This document shows, piece by piece, positions 48,346-57,439 of a DNA stretch of 64,000 bases. Location: the NCBI GenBank assembly GCA_964634215.1, contig CAZWKR010000009.1:10764-74763 (forward strand), read 5' to 3'. The stretch is from an uncultured bacterium (GTDB taxonomy: Bacteria; Fidelibacterota; Marinisomatia; Marinisomatales; JAHJCW01). The position numbers were made by a program, and so were the translations under genes. A model generated the notes under the pieces. It was not told where the DNA came from. It ran no database searches and saw only the letters and a program-made list of their open reading frames with translations. Position 1 is the stretch's first letter, and every line of letters starts with the position of its first letter.

Positions 48346-49224
48346 ATGATACAAAGATATTATCAAATAATCTCTTTAATTTTTCTAATTGTATTACCAA
48401 TACCCGGAGAAACCCACACTGTTAGCAACCAACAAAGAAATGAATTTGGAATAATCCTGATCAACGATGCATTATTTCAAACCGATAAAGATAACACAGG
48501 ATCATTTGGCGTATTTTATAAATTTAAGTTATATCCACTATCAATTAAATATCAGATCGATGCCTACACACCAAACGCTAAATATAAAGAATTAACAGTA
48601 CCTAAAGAGGGTATGCATCCTTATGCAGGATTTGGATTTATAGGAACAGAATATAAAATTCAAAATAATAATTTCTTACTTTGTTTGTGTATGCAATTGG
48701 GTGCAACCGGTAATAAGTCTCTTGCGAGAGAACTACAAGACATAACACATAACAGCCTTAATCAATCTACATTTGCAGGTTGGGATTCACAAATTCAAGC
48801 AAAATTCGGCTATATATTCAATCCACAACTAGAATATATCTTCAACACAGAATATTTTACACTTTTACCTGCTATTAGTGTGAAAATTGGTAATCTGATA
48901 TCTACACAAACTATTGGAATACAGCTCATTAGTGGTATTAATTATAATAAGGACTTTCTTTTTACTAATTTTTCAAAGAAATCAAATTATAATATTTTTA
49001 TATCATATGAAATTTCTAATATTTCTAAAAATGTATTCTTAACGGGTTTTGAGGGATATAAATATGGTGTTAATATTATTAATACTGTTTGCGAATTAAA
49101 AGTTGGAATGGATATTCAGTTCATGTCATACGGTGTTACAATTCAGAACCATTATAGAAGCAGTGAATATAAATCGCAAAATGATAATAAATTCACTACT
49201 ATAGTCATTTATTATAAAATTTAA
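48346..49224 (+). CDS. Outer-membrane protein, possible lipid A deacylase LpxR family (DUF2219-like)
   Basis: N-terminal hydrophobic signal. INDALFQTDKDNTGSFG resembles the ENDxx..DRxYTnG start of LpxR-family barrels, and ITHNSL....AGWDSQ resembles its central motif. This is from memory and was not searched. Confidence 0.45.
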   Translation: MIQRYYQIISLIFLIVLPIPGETHTVSNQQRNEFGIILINDALFQTDKDNTGSFGVFYKFKLYPLSIKYQIDAYTPNAKYKELTVPKEGMHPYAGFGFIGTEYKIQNNNFLLCLCMQLGATGNKSLARELQDITHNSLNQSTFAGWDSQIQAKFGYIFNPQLEYIFNTEYFTLLPAISVKIGNLISTQTIGIQLISGINYNKDFLFTNFSKKSNYNIFISYEISNISKNVFLTGFEGYKYGVNIINTVCELKVGMDIQFMSYGVTIQNHYRSSEYKSQNDNKFTTIVIYYKI

Positions 49225-49233
49225 CGCAGTTTG

Positions 49234-50007
49234 TTAATACCCAAAATGTTTAATCTTATCACCTTGTTTATCAATTGTGGCTAGAGCCTGAATTCCAACT
49301 TCAAGATGTAAATTTACATATTCTTTCGTTACATTTTTATCGGACTCAGCAGTTTTGATTCCGTCAGGAATCATAGGTCTATCAGAAACTAGAAGTAAAG
49401 CACCGCGAGCAATTTCATTGGCAAGTCCCGTAATAAATATAGTAGCCGTCTCCATGTCAATACCCAGCGCACGTACTTTGCGTAAATACCGTTTAAATCT
49501 TTCATCCCATTCCCAAAGACGCCGATTGGTTGTATATACAACCCCAGTTCTGTATTCCAAATTTTTATTAACTAATATTTCTGATACAAACTTATGTAGT
49601 TTAAACGAAGGCATCGCCGGAACAACTTGTGGAAAATAATCATCACTTGTTCCTTCACCACGAATTGCAGCAATTGGTAAAATAAAATGACCGATATCGG
49701 TGGTTTTTTTTAGCCCCCCACATTTACCAAGGAATAACACGCCTCTTGGTTTAGCACTCGATAACAAATCCATAATTGTAGCAGCATTGGCACTACCCAT
49801 TCCAAAATTTATAATACTTAATTCATCATTGTTAGTTGTTGATGTCATTGGACCACCAACACCATTAATCTTTGATCCAAATTTTTCTGCAAATTGATCA
49901 ACATAATTTTGAAAATTAGTTAACAGTATCCAATCACCCAATTCATCGGGTTCCGATCCTGTATAACGTTTTAACCAACTTTGTGCAATTTCAATTTTTG
50001 ACTTCAT
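49234..50007 (-). CDS. AMP nucleosidase-like nucleoside phosphorylase (short form, PNP_UDP_1 fold)
   Basis: WLKRYTG...ILLTNFQNYV..FA and the GKCGG motif. I chose the start at 50007, which is preceded by AAGGAG. Confidence 0.65.
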   Translation of the reverse strand: MKSKIEIAQSWLKRYTGSEPDELGDWILLTNFQNYVDQFAEKFGSKINGVGGPMTSTTNNDELSIINFGMGSANAATIMDLLSSAKPRGVLFLGKCGGLKKTTDIGHFILPIAAIRGEGTSDDYFPQVVPAMPSFKLHKFVSEILVNKNLEYRTGVVYTTNRRLWEWDERFKRYLRKVRALGIDMETATIFITGLANEIARGALLLVSDRPMIPDGIKTAESDKNVTKEYVNLHLEVGIQALATIDKQGDKIKHFGY

Positions 50008-50008
50008 T

Positions 50009-50629
50009 TTAATTCTCCTTATCCGATGATTTCCTAACAATCGCTCTCACAACAACCGCTTTACCATCATGCATATCTCCCTCGTGCAAATATACAACAT
50101 CCTTTTTGAGCATTTCAATTTTTCCGGTTGGAAATGAATTTTGAATATCCTGTGTATCATATAACAATGAAATATCTTTAGGACCACCTGTATTTAATGG
50201 TAATTGCTCTTTTGCAAATACCTCCATAAAGAACACTCCATTTGGCTTTAAGGCATTTAAATATTTAGAATGTAATTTATTTATCTCCTCAATTCTAAAA
50301 TGAGCAAAGATAGAAACAATCCCATCATATTTATTTTGACCGAAATCGTAATTTAGTAAATCAGCACATATAGTTTTAATTGATACATTATTTTCCTGCG
50401 CCAATCTATTGGTCTTTTCAATTGCTTTCAGTGAGAAATCAATGGATGTTACACGATATCTTTGTTTAGCAAGCCATACTCCGTTACGTCCTTCCCCATC
50501 GGCAAGACAAAGTATATTTCCCTTAGGAATTGAATTAACATTTTGTTTTAAGAATAAATTTGGTTCCCTTCCATAAACATATCCATCAACACCATACCGT
50601 TCATCCCATTTATCAGGTCCGTATTTCAT
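50009..50629 (-). CDS. Class I SAM-dependent methyltransferase
   Basis: Motif I ILCLADGEGRNGVWLA followed by VTSIDFS. 206 aa. Confidence 0.7.
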   Translation of the reverse strand: MKYGPDKWDERYGVDGYVYGREPNLFLKQNVNSIPKGNILCLADGEGRNGVWLAKQRYRVTSIDFSLKAIEKTNRLAQENNVSIKTICADLLNYDFGQNKYDGIVSIFAHFRIEEINKLHSKYLNALKPNGVFFMEVFAKEQLPLNTGGPKDISLLYDTQDIQNSFPTGKIEMLKKDVVYLHEGDMHDGKAVVVRAIVRKSSDKEN

Positions 50630-50638
50630 ACAATTAAT

Positions 50639-51400
50639 TTATTCAATCTCAAGAGATACTGGACAATGATCTGAACCCATCACATCTTGATGGATATCGG
50701 CATCAATAATATGATCTGTAAACGCTTCATTTGTCCAAAAATAATCAATGCGCCAACCTACGTTTCTATCGCGTGCGCCAAAGCGATATGTCCACCACGA
50801 GTATCTGTTGGGCTCAGGGTGAAACATTCGGAATGTATCAACATAACCGTGCTCAACATATTTATCCAACATTGCTCTCTCCTCCGGTAAAAACCCGGAA
50901 TTCTTTACATTATCTTTTGGGCGAGCTAAGTCAATTGGTTTGTGTGCAGTATTCCAATCCCCGGCCACAACAACATTATTTCCTGATTCTACTTGTTCGT
51001 TTAAAATGTTTAATAATTCTTCATAAAATTCCATTTTATAATCAAGGCGTTCTTGATTTTTTTGACCATTCGGGAAATAAATATTATAAAGTAAAAAGTT
51101 TTCATGTTCTGTTAGAATAACACGACCCTCTCGATCAAATTTTTCGATTCCTAATCCTTTCTGTTCATATAGTGGTTTATTTTTACAGAATGTTGATACA
51201 CTACTGTAACCACGTTTCTCAGCAGAATGCCAAATAGTATGATAACCATGATTTTCTAATATATCTTTAGACAATTGTTCTTCGTGTGCTTTAGTTTCTT
51301 GCAAACATATAATATCGGCGTTAGCTGTTTTTACCCAATCTAAAAATCCTTTTTTTTCAGCTGCTCGGATACCATTTACGTTCCATGAGTATAATTTCAT
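50639..51400 (-). CDS. xth: Exodeoxyribonuclease III
   Basis: SWNVNG, CLQETK, GDWN, RIDY and C-terminal SDHCPV are EEP-family ExoIII motifs. Confidence 0.9.
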   Translation of the reverse strand: MKLYSWNVNGIRAAEKKGFLDWVKTANADIICLQETKAHEEQLSKDILENHGYHTIWHSAEKRGYSSVSTFCKNKPLYEQKGLGIEKFDREGRVILTEHENFLLYNIYFPNGQKNQERLDYKMEFYEELLNILNEQVESGNNVVVAGDWNTAHKPIDLARPKDNVKNSGFLPEERAMLDKYVEHGYVDTFRMFHPEPNRYSWWTYRFGARDRNVGWRIDYFWTNEAFTDHIIDADIHQDVMGSDHCPVSLEIE

Positions 51401-51545
51401 TCATTTTCCCTTTTTACTCTAAAATATTATCGATAAATATACAAGATACTTGATTGAAAAAGAAAATGTGAAGTAACCTTAATAATTATGCTTTGTCAAA
51501 TACAAAACAAGCAATAAATTCGCGCCGCTATTTAAACTATATATT

Positions 51546-51617
51546 GGTCCGTTCGTCTAGTGGTTAGGACTCCAGGTTTTCATCCTGGCAACAGGGGTTC
51601 GATTCCCCTACGGACTA
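51546..51617 (+). tRNA. tRNA-Glu (anticodon TTC)
   Basis: Hand-folded 72-nt cloverleaf: acceptor GGTCCGT/ACGGACT (G1.U72), anticodon stem CCAGG/CCTGG with loop TTTTCAT, T-arm AGGGG-TTCGATT-CCCCT. Confidence 0.85.
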
Positions 51618-51619
51618 CA

Positions 51620-51652
51620 AAAAAGCCATCTAAAGTGATGGCTTTTTGTTTT
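51620..51652 (+). terminator. Rho-independent terminator after tRNA-Glu
   Basis: Hairpin agccatc-taaagt-gatggct followed by ttttgtttt. Confidence 0.75.
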
Positions 51653-51668
51653 AATTTCAGAAGCAAAA

Positions 51669-52793
51669 ATGAAAAGTACAAGTTATAACTCAGATGTAAT
51701 TATTTTAGGTGCAGGAATTAACGGTTGCGGTATTGCAAGGGAACTTGCGATGAGTGGTAAAACAGTAACCATTATCGATAAATCTACTATTGGGAGTGGT
51801 ACTTCATCAAAATCATCAAGATTAATTCACGGTGGATTACGCTATTTAGAGACTCTTCAGTTCAAATTAGTACACGAAGCTCTTTTAGACCGCCAAGAAT
51901 TGCTCAAAATATACCCTGATTTAGTTAAGATGAGATCATTTTATATTCCAATCTACAAACCAAGCCCACGCCCTGCTTGGATGATTTGGTTCGGTTTAAA
52001 ATTTTATGATTTATTATCAAGAAAAAACAAACAGCACCATTCTAGAGTAATTCCTCGAACACAATTCTCGGTGCATGCAGCAAGTTTTAAACCAAAGGGA
52101 TTAAAAGCTGTTTTTCATTATTATGACGCAAAAACGAATGATCTACAATTAACTCGACGAGTTGCTCTGGATGCAATTGAAAACGGAGCGAAATTTTATA
52201 AAAATATATATATTTCTAGTATTAGTAATGATAATGATTCTTTTACAATAAGAACAAATCAAGGAGATTTTATTGCACCGATTTTAGTCAATTCCACCGG
52301 ACCCTGGATTGATGAAGTGAATAACAAATTTAAATTTCCGGCTAAATTTAGTATAAGAAAAGTAAGTGGAATTCATATAATTGTCGAAGGATTGCTCACA
52401 AATGATTTGATGTTTATGCAAACTAAGCAAAAGAGAATTTTCTTTGTTATACCTGAACCTGAAAATAACCAAACATTAATTGGAACAACAGAACGTGAAG
52501 AAACTGATCCAATTGATAATATTGTTGTGAACGAAGATGACATTCTTTATTTAATAAAAAATATAAATAATTATCTTAAACCGGGATTCCAAATATTAAG
52601 AAAAAATGTCAAAGATGCATTCATCGGAGTTAGACCGTTAGTTGCCGAAGCAGATAACCCAACTAATTTGTCCCGTGAATATGCACTAGATAAACATACA
52701 ATTGGAAACACAACTCTGTTACATGTTTTTGGCGGGAAGTTAACAACATACCTTTCATTAGCAAGAAAAGTTCGAAAACTTTTATATCGCTAA
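51669..52793 (+). CDS. FAD-dependent oxidoreductase, glycerol-3-phosphate dehydrogenase (GlpD/GlpA)-like short form
   Basis: DVIILGAGINGCGIA dinucleotide fold followed by GTSSKSSRLIHGGLRYLE, typical of GlpD. At 374 aa it lacks the C-terminal domain of long GlpD. Confidence 0.6.
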   Translation: MKSTSYNSDVIILGAGINGCGIARELAMSGKTVTIIDKSTIGSGTSSKSSRLIHGGLRYLETLQFKLVHEALLDRQELLKIYPDLVKMRSFYIPIYKPSPRPAWMIWFGLKFYDLLSRKNKQHHSRVIPRTQFSVHAASFKPKGLKAVFHYYDAKTNDLQLTRRVALDAIENGAKFYKNIYISSISNDNDSFTIRTNQGDFIAPILVNSTGPWIDEVNNKFKFPAKFSIRKVSGIHIIVEGLLTNDLMFMQTKQKRIFFVIPEPENNQTLIGTTEREETDPIDNIVVNEDDILYLIKNINNYLKPGFQILRKNVKDAFIGVRPLVAEADNPTNLSREYALDKHTIGNTTLLHVFGGKLTTYLSLARKVRKLLYR

Positions 52794-52941
52794 TAATTTA
52801 CTGACCTTTCCTAACTAATTTTCTTTTCAGCATATGTCACTTAGCTGACATCATCATTTCTGTACATATTGTTAATCTTTGCAACAATAATAATGAAAAA
52901 CTTTAAGTATACATTTTTGTAATCCCTATAAGAGGAAAACA

Positions 52942-53967
52942 ATGAAATATATATCGATAATTTTAATACTGTTACTCTTTTCTTGCTCAAATCTCTCAAG
53001 TATAGATCAAGAAGATTGGACTATTAATGCAGACTATATTCGAGAGGGTTGTTTTGCAGGGAAAGATTGCATTCCGAGTATAGATTCCCCACATTACTCC
53101 AACATTGGAGGAAATAATTTAGGATTTCTTGATGATAGCGATCTTGTGGTAGGAATTTGGGATGGCTCAAATTATATTGCTTATCCACACCCCATTTTAG
53201 ATTGGCATGAAGTTGTCAACGAGAATGGTTATAGTATTTCTTATTGCCCCCTAACCGGTAGTGCTATCCATTTCGAAACTTCTGGTGAATTTGGAGTTTC
53301 AGGGAAATTGTATAATAGTAATTTGATCATGTATGATAGAAAATCAGATAGTTATTGGCCTCAGATGCTATTAAAATCGGCGGCAGGCGATAGACAAAAT
53401 GAGCATCTCAACCTTTTACCCCTCCTAGAAACTACCTGGGAGTCATGGAAAAAACTATTTCCAAACACCAAAATTCTTAACACAAATACTAATCATAATA
53501 GAGATTACAATCAATACCCTTACGGAGAGTATAAAACTTGTAGTTCACATTCCTGTCCCGATTACATATATTTTCCTGTAGAGGTTAGTGATGATAGGTT
53601 GCCGGCAAAAGAGAGAGTGGTTACAATTATTTCTGATGATAATGCCTTGGTGACTAAAATTAATTCATACAATAATCCTGAGATTATTCATACAACCTTT
53701 AATGAAAAAAAATATGTTGTCGTCGTTTCGGGCAATGATAATATTGGTATAGCATTCCAAACTGATAAACTTTTAGAGATTGAGAAATGGGATATAACAA
53801 ACGGTGATATCACAATTTTAGAACAAAATTCAACAAATCGTTGGAATATCTTAGGACACGCTTTAGGAGGGAATCAAACCAATGGAGATTTAAGAATCGC
53901 TAACTCTTACATTGCATACTGGTTTTCAGTTGCTGCTTTTTATCCCGATGCTGAAATAATTCAATGA
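52942..53967 (+). CDS. DUF3179-domain lipoprotein
   Basis: Lipobox LLLFSCS. The pattern D.IPSID.P...YPH.ILDWHEVVNE...YCPLTGS...GKLYNSNLIMYDR.SDSYWPQ matches DUF3179 as I remember it. Confidence 0.65.
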   Translation: MKYISIILILLLFSCSNLSSIDQEDWTINADYIREGCFAGKDCIPSIDSPHYSNIGGNNLGFLDDSDLVVGIWDGSNYIAYPHPILDWHEVVNENGYSISYCPLTGSAIHFETSGEFGVSGKLYNSNLIMYDRKSDSYWPQMLLKSAAGDRQNEHLNLLPLLETTWESWKKLFPNTKILNTNTNHNRDYNQYPYGEYKTCSSHSCPDYIYFPVEVSDDRLPAKERVVTIISDDNALVTKINSYNNPEIIHTTFNEKKYVVVVSGNDNIGIAFQTDKLLEIEKWDITNGDITILEQNSTNRWNILGHALGGNQTNGDLRIANSYIAYWFSVAAFYPDAEIIQ

Positions 53968-54878
53968 GAATTTTACAACGTACAGTAGTAATCTTTTACT
54001 TTATATCTGTTGGATATTCACAAGTATGTTGTTCGCTCGTTGGATCAGTTAGCGGCAGCAGTTCTGCTTTAAGCAACTGGGATACACAATGGCCATCACC
54101 ATTAGATTTTAATCGTAAAGCAAATTGGATCGTCGGTGCAAAATTAGGTAAACCATTTAACGGAGATCTGAATATAAAATATGGTTTAAATAGTACAGTT
54201 TACACAGAATTTTCAAATTATATTTTTCCAGGTACAGTAGGTTATGTTATTAGTTCTTATAATTTCTCCAATATTTCTGAACAAATTTCGTTTGATCAAT
54301 CTGAAACTAATATTAATCAATTTAATCTTGATATAGGTTTTAGATATTATATAAATAACAGGATCGGATTGATAAATGGTTCGTTGCACATTCCACTAAT
54401 TACAGAATTTACTAACGATAAATTTTTATTTAAAACTAATGCCGTACCATCTGTTTCAGCAACTTGGATTAAGACGTTTTTAGTATCTAATTCAACTATT
54501 AATCAAAGATTATCATTTCAATTATCAGCAAGAAAGAATCTAAAAATAGATCCGCAAGTATATATCGATGATAATTATAATTTTAATTTATCAACACCTT
54601 TTAAACTTTTCAGTCAAATTTCATTCAATCCAAATATAACTATTAATTACTATAAATTATTGGCACCACTCAGTCCTTATGATTCAGAAAGGCAAGATAG
54701 ATGGTTAGGCATTACATCTATTGGGTTTGATATCACACCGGTAAATAATAATATCAATTGGCTACACTTTAATGGTAGTATTCCACTTTTTTCTTGGGCT
54801 TCAGAAATTGGATTTCCCGATGGGACGCAACCTACACCATCGTTTTCGATCACAATAGTTAAAAAGTTAATTAAATAA
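53964..54878 (+). CDS. Hypothetical secreted / outer-membrane beta-rich protein
   Basis: N-terminal signal-like segment. The sequence is Asn/Ser-rich with alternating strands. It overlaps the DUF3179 gene by 4 nt. No motif I can name. Confidence 0.45.
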   Translation: MRILQRTVVIFYFISVGYSQVCCSLVGSVSGSSSALSNWDTQWPSPLDFNRKANWIVGAKLGKPFNGDLNIKYGLNSTVYTEFSNYIFPGTVGYVISSYNFSNISEQISFDQSETNINQFNLDIGFRYYINNRIGLINGSLHIPLITEFTNDKFLFKTNAVPSVSATWIKTFLVSNSTINQRLSFQLSARKNLKIDPQVYIDDNYNFNLSTPFKLFSQISFNPNITINYYKLLAPLSPYDSERQDRWLGITSIGFDITPVNNNINWLHFNGSIPLFSWASEIGFPDGTQPTPSFSITIVKKLIK

Positions 54879-54881
54879 TTA

Positions 54882-55625
54882 TTAAATAACTTTAATTACT
54901 GAGCGATCTATAAATATATATTGAGGTTTATAACCAATCTCCTTATAAAGATCGGGCGGAACGCTGATATCAGCAACATATAGTTTTCCCACACATTCTT
55001 TTGCATTAGTTTCGACTAAACCAGACTTTGGTATAGCCAAGGTCATCGTTGCATATGCTTTAATACATAATTCTTCCTTAAAATCACCGGTTGTTGTATT
55101 AAGACCAGATGGTGCATCTAACGATAAAACATTTTGATTTTGTGTATTTAATATTTCGTGAATCACGTGGGCGGGAATTCCTTTTAGTTCTCCACGCATA
55201 CCATAACCAATGATAGCATCTATAATCAAATCCGCTTCATTAAAAACACCGAGCGTATCACTACTATTGGCAATTATCATTCCCACCGGTAATTTTTTTA
55301 AGATATTCCATTGTTTTAACGGAATCGATTTTAATTTTGATTCTGCTCCTGTTAGCACAACAGTTACATTAAAGCCGTGATTTGAAAGATGGCGTGCAGC
55401 CACCATTCCACCACCTCCATTATTTCCTAATCCACATGCAACTACAACATTCTTGGGATTATGATTTTCTGAATTATTGTCTGTCAAATTAAATGCAAGT
55501 TCTGCTAGATTCGAACCGGCATTTTCCATCATTTGAATTAATTCAATTCCATATTTATTTATCATTAAATTATCAACTTTACGCATTTGTTCAGTTGAGA
55601 TCGATGGTATTTTTATTTTATTCAT
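54882..55625 (-). CDS. NAD(P)H-hydrate epimerase (YjeF N-terminal domain)
   Basis: LMENAG and VACGLGNNGGGGMVAARHL motifs. 247 aa. Confidence 0.8.
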   Translation of the reverse strand: MNKIKIPSISTEQMRKVDNLMINKYGIELIQMMENAGSNLAELAFNLTDNNSENHNPKNVVVACGLGNNGGGGMVAARHLSNHGFNVTVVLTGAESKLKSIPLKQWNILKKLPVGMIIANSSDTLGVFNEADLIIDAIIGYGMRGELKGIPAHVIHEILNTQNQNVLSLDAPSGLNTTTGDFKEELCIKAYATMTLAIPKSGLVETNAKECVGKLYVADISVPPDLYKEIGYKPQYIFIDRSVIKVI

Positions 55626-55655
55626 TTAACACATATTTAATTTGTTCTAAAACGA

Positions 55656-55699
55656 AAAATGGGAAAGCTAGGAGTAGAAATATTTTGCTTTCCCATTTT
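55656..55699 (-). terminator. Rho-independent terminator downstream of the DoxX gene
   Basis: 13-bp perfect stem aaaatgggaaagc...gctttcccatttt. On the minus strand it is followed by TTTTTCGTTTT. Confidence 0.7.
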
Positions 55700-55721
55700 C
55701 ACTTTGAGGTACTTCCCTCAA

Positions 55722-56108
55722 CTATCCATTATCCTTAAATAGACCTGCTATTAATAATGCTCCACCTGCTAACGACATATCTTTCATAATACTCGGCATT
55801 GCCATTTGATCGCCACCCATCATGCTCGGTAAATGTACTGTTACAACAAATATAATTAACAATACAGCAAGTAGTAATGAAGCTAGATAAATATGTTTCT
55901 TAGTAATTAGGCTAACGGCTGCTGCGATTAAAGCCAATCCGGTTACATATACCCAAAATACACCACCTGGTACCCATGCCGGAACCATTCCTGCCATATC
56001 GCCAGCTACCATAAAATGCATCATTCCAAATATTGCAAACGGAATTGCATACATTATTCGACCTATGTTTTTTAAGTTACTCATTATGTTCTCCTTGTTA
56101 TTATTCAA
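55722..56108 (-). CDS. DoxX-family membrane protein
   Basis: About 4 TM, 128 aa, with a DoxX-like pattern (AIPFAIFGMMHF...). The start could instead be the Met at 56084. Confidence 0.6.
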   Translation of the reverse strand: MNNNKENIMSNLKNIGRIMYAIPFAIFGMMHFMVAGDMAGMVPAWVPGGVFWVYVTGLALIAAAVSLITKKHIYLASLLLAVLLIIFVVTVHLPSMMGGDQMAMPSIMKDMSLAGGALLIAGLFKDNG

Positions 56109-56120
56109 ATAAATGTTTAT

Positions 56121-56393
56121 TTACTGTAAACTGATCAACTCGTTAATTTTTTCATCAAATCTGGTAATATTTACCTTACCCGCATACCACATCCTGTCAT
56201 TTACCCAAATTGATGGTGTTATTGAAGAATGTTTCCTATTAAAATCATTATCATCATCTAAGTCAATTATTGTAAAATTTATGTGGTTCTTGTCTTTCAT
56301 ATAAATTGAGAGAATTCTTAACACTTCTTTACATTCATAACATGATTCACGCATTAAGAACATTACATCAACTTTAATGTTTTCCTTTCCCAT
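56121..56393 (-). CDS. Thioredoxin/glutaredoxin-fold protein with CxxC
   Basis: 90 aa with CYEC after the first beta strand and a TPS (cis-Pro-like) motif later. Confidence 0.55.
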   Translation of the reverse strand: MGKENIKVDVMFLMRESCYECKEVLRILSIYMKDKNHINFTIIDLDDDNDFNRKHSSITPSIWVNDRMWYAGKVNITRFDEKINELISLQ

Positions 56394-56456
56394 ATTAATA
56401 GGAAAGTACGAGGATTTACTTTAGTGCACTGTCGCTAGAGCGACATAAAATAAATA

Positions 56457-57131
56457 TTATATCCAGTTTTTTCGGAGAACCTGAAAATATCGACGTGTAT
56501 ATTTTATATCTTGATTGGAAACTAAATCATTTAAAATGGAATTAACGGTTTGTCTGGAGGTGGCTGTTAAATCGGCAATTTCTTGATGTGTGAGGAACGG
56601 TCTTACCATCCATCCGTCAATCATTTCTTTGCCAAATGTTTTTGCATATCGCTTTAAAAAAGCGACTACTCTTTCGTGGGCATCTTTAAATACTAAATCT
56701 TCAACATGAGCTTGAATTTTTCTAATTCTTAACCCAATAAATTTGTTAATGCTGAGATTCATTTTGGGATTGTTTGCTAACATTTCTTGAAACATTGTTC
56801 GGTTAATTGAGCAAATCACAGCATCCTCTACAACTTCAGCTATATTTTCACGTTTTTCTTGACCTAAAATAGCACTTTCGCCAAAAATCTCACCGGGACC
56901 GATAAGTTGAAGTGTCATTTTTTTACCATCCTCAGATACTCGCGATATTTTTACTTTACCCTCTTTCAGCATATATATATTATCACTGCGTTCTTCTGGA
57001 AAATAAATTATTTCACGTTTGGATGATTTCGTCATTTTACTTTTTTGATCCATCATTTCCATGGAAGATTCATCCATTCCTTTTATCAAATTAAAATTTT
57101 GTAAGTACCAAATCTTTGTCTTTTCAGCCAT
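56457..57131 (-). CDS. Crp/Fnr-family transcriptional regulator (no FNR-type Cys cluster)
   Basis: N-terminal cNMP-binding-like beta-roll (IYMLKEGKVKI...GPGEIFGE) and C-terminal HTH LTHQEIADLTATSRQTVNSIL. No N-terminal Cys motif. Confidence 0.8.
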   Translation of the reverse strand: MAEKTKIWYLQNFNLIKGMDESSMEMMDQKSKMTKSSKREIIYFPEERSDNIYMLKEGKVKISRVSEDGKKMTLQLIGPGEIFGESAILGQEKRENIAEVVEDAVICSINRTMFQEMLANNPKMNLSINKFIGLRIRKIQAHVEDLVFKDAHERVVAFLKRYAKTFGKEMIDGWMVRPFLTHQEIADLTATSRQTVNSILNDLVSNQDIKYTRRYFQVLRKNWI

Positions 57132-57439
57132 AATTAACCTTTTATTACTGATTAAATGTAAAATATTTATACGTCATATTATAAATAATTATTAATATCC
57201 AGAGCCCTATGTAGATAATGACATCTTTTTATATTGATAAGTTCAATCGTTTACTTTACATTAGCCTTAGCGTTCACTTGATATTGTTAGATACTTATGA
57301 GACTATAAAATAATTTGGAATTGCAAATAAAATTAACTCAGAACATCAATAATCGCAGTGGCTCTCAAAAAGGCACCATCCATCACTCAAAGTTGAATTG
57401 TTCTGCCTCAACTAAAACACCCCAAGGAAATATTTAAAA

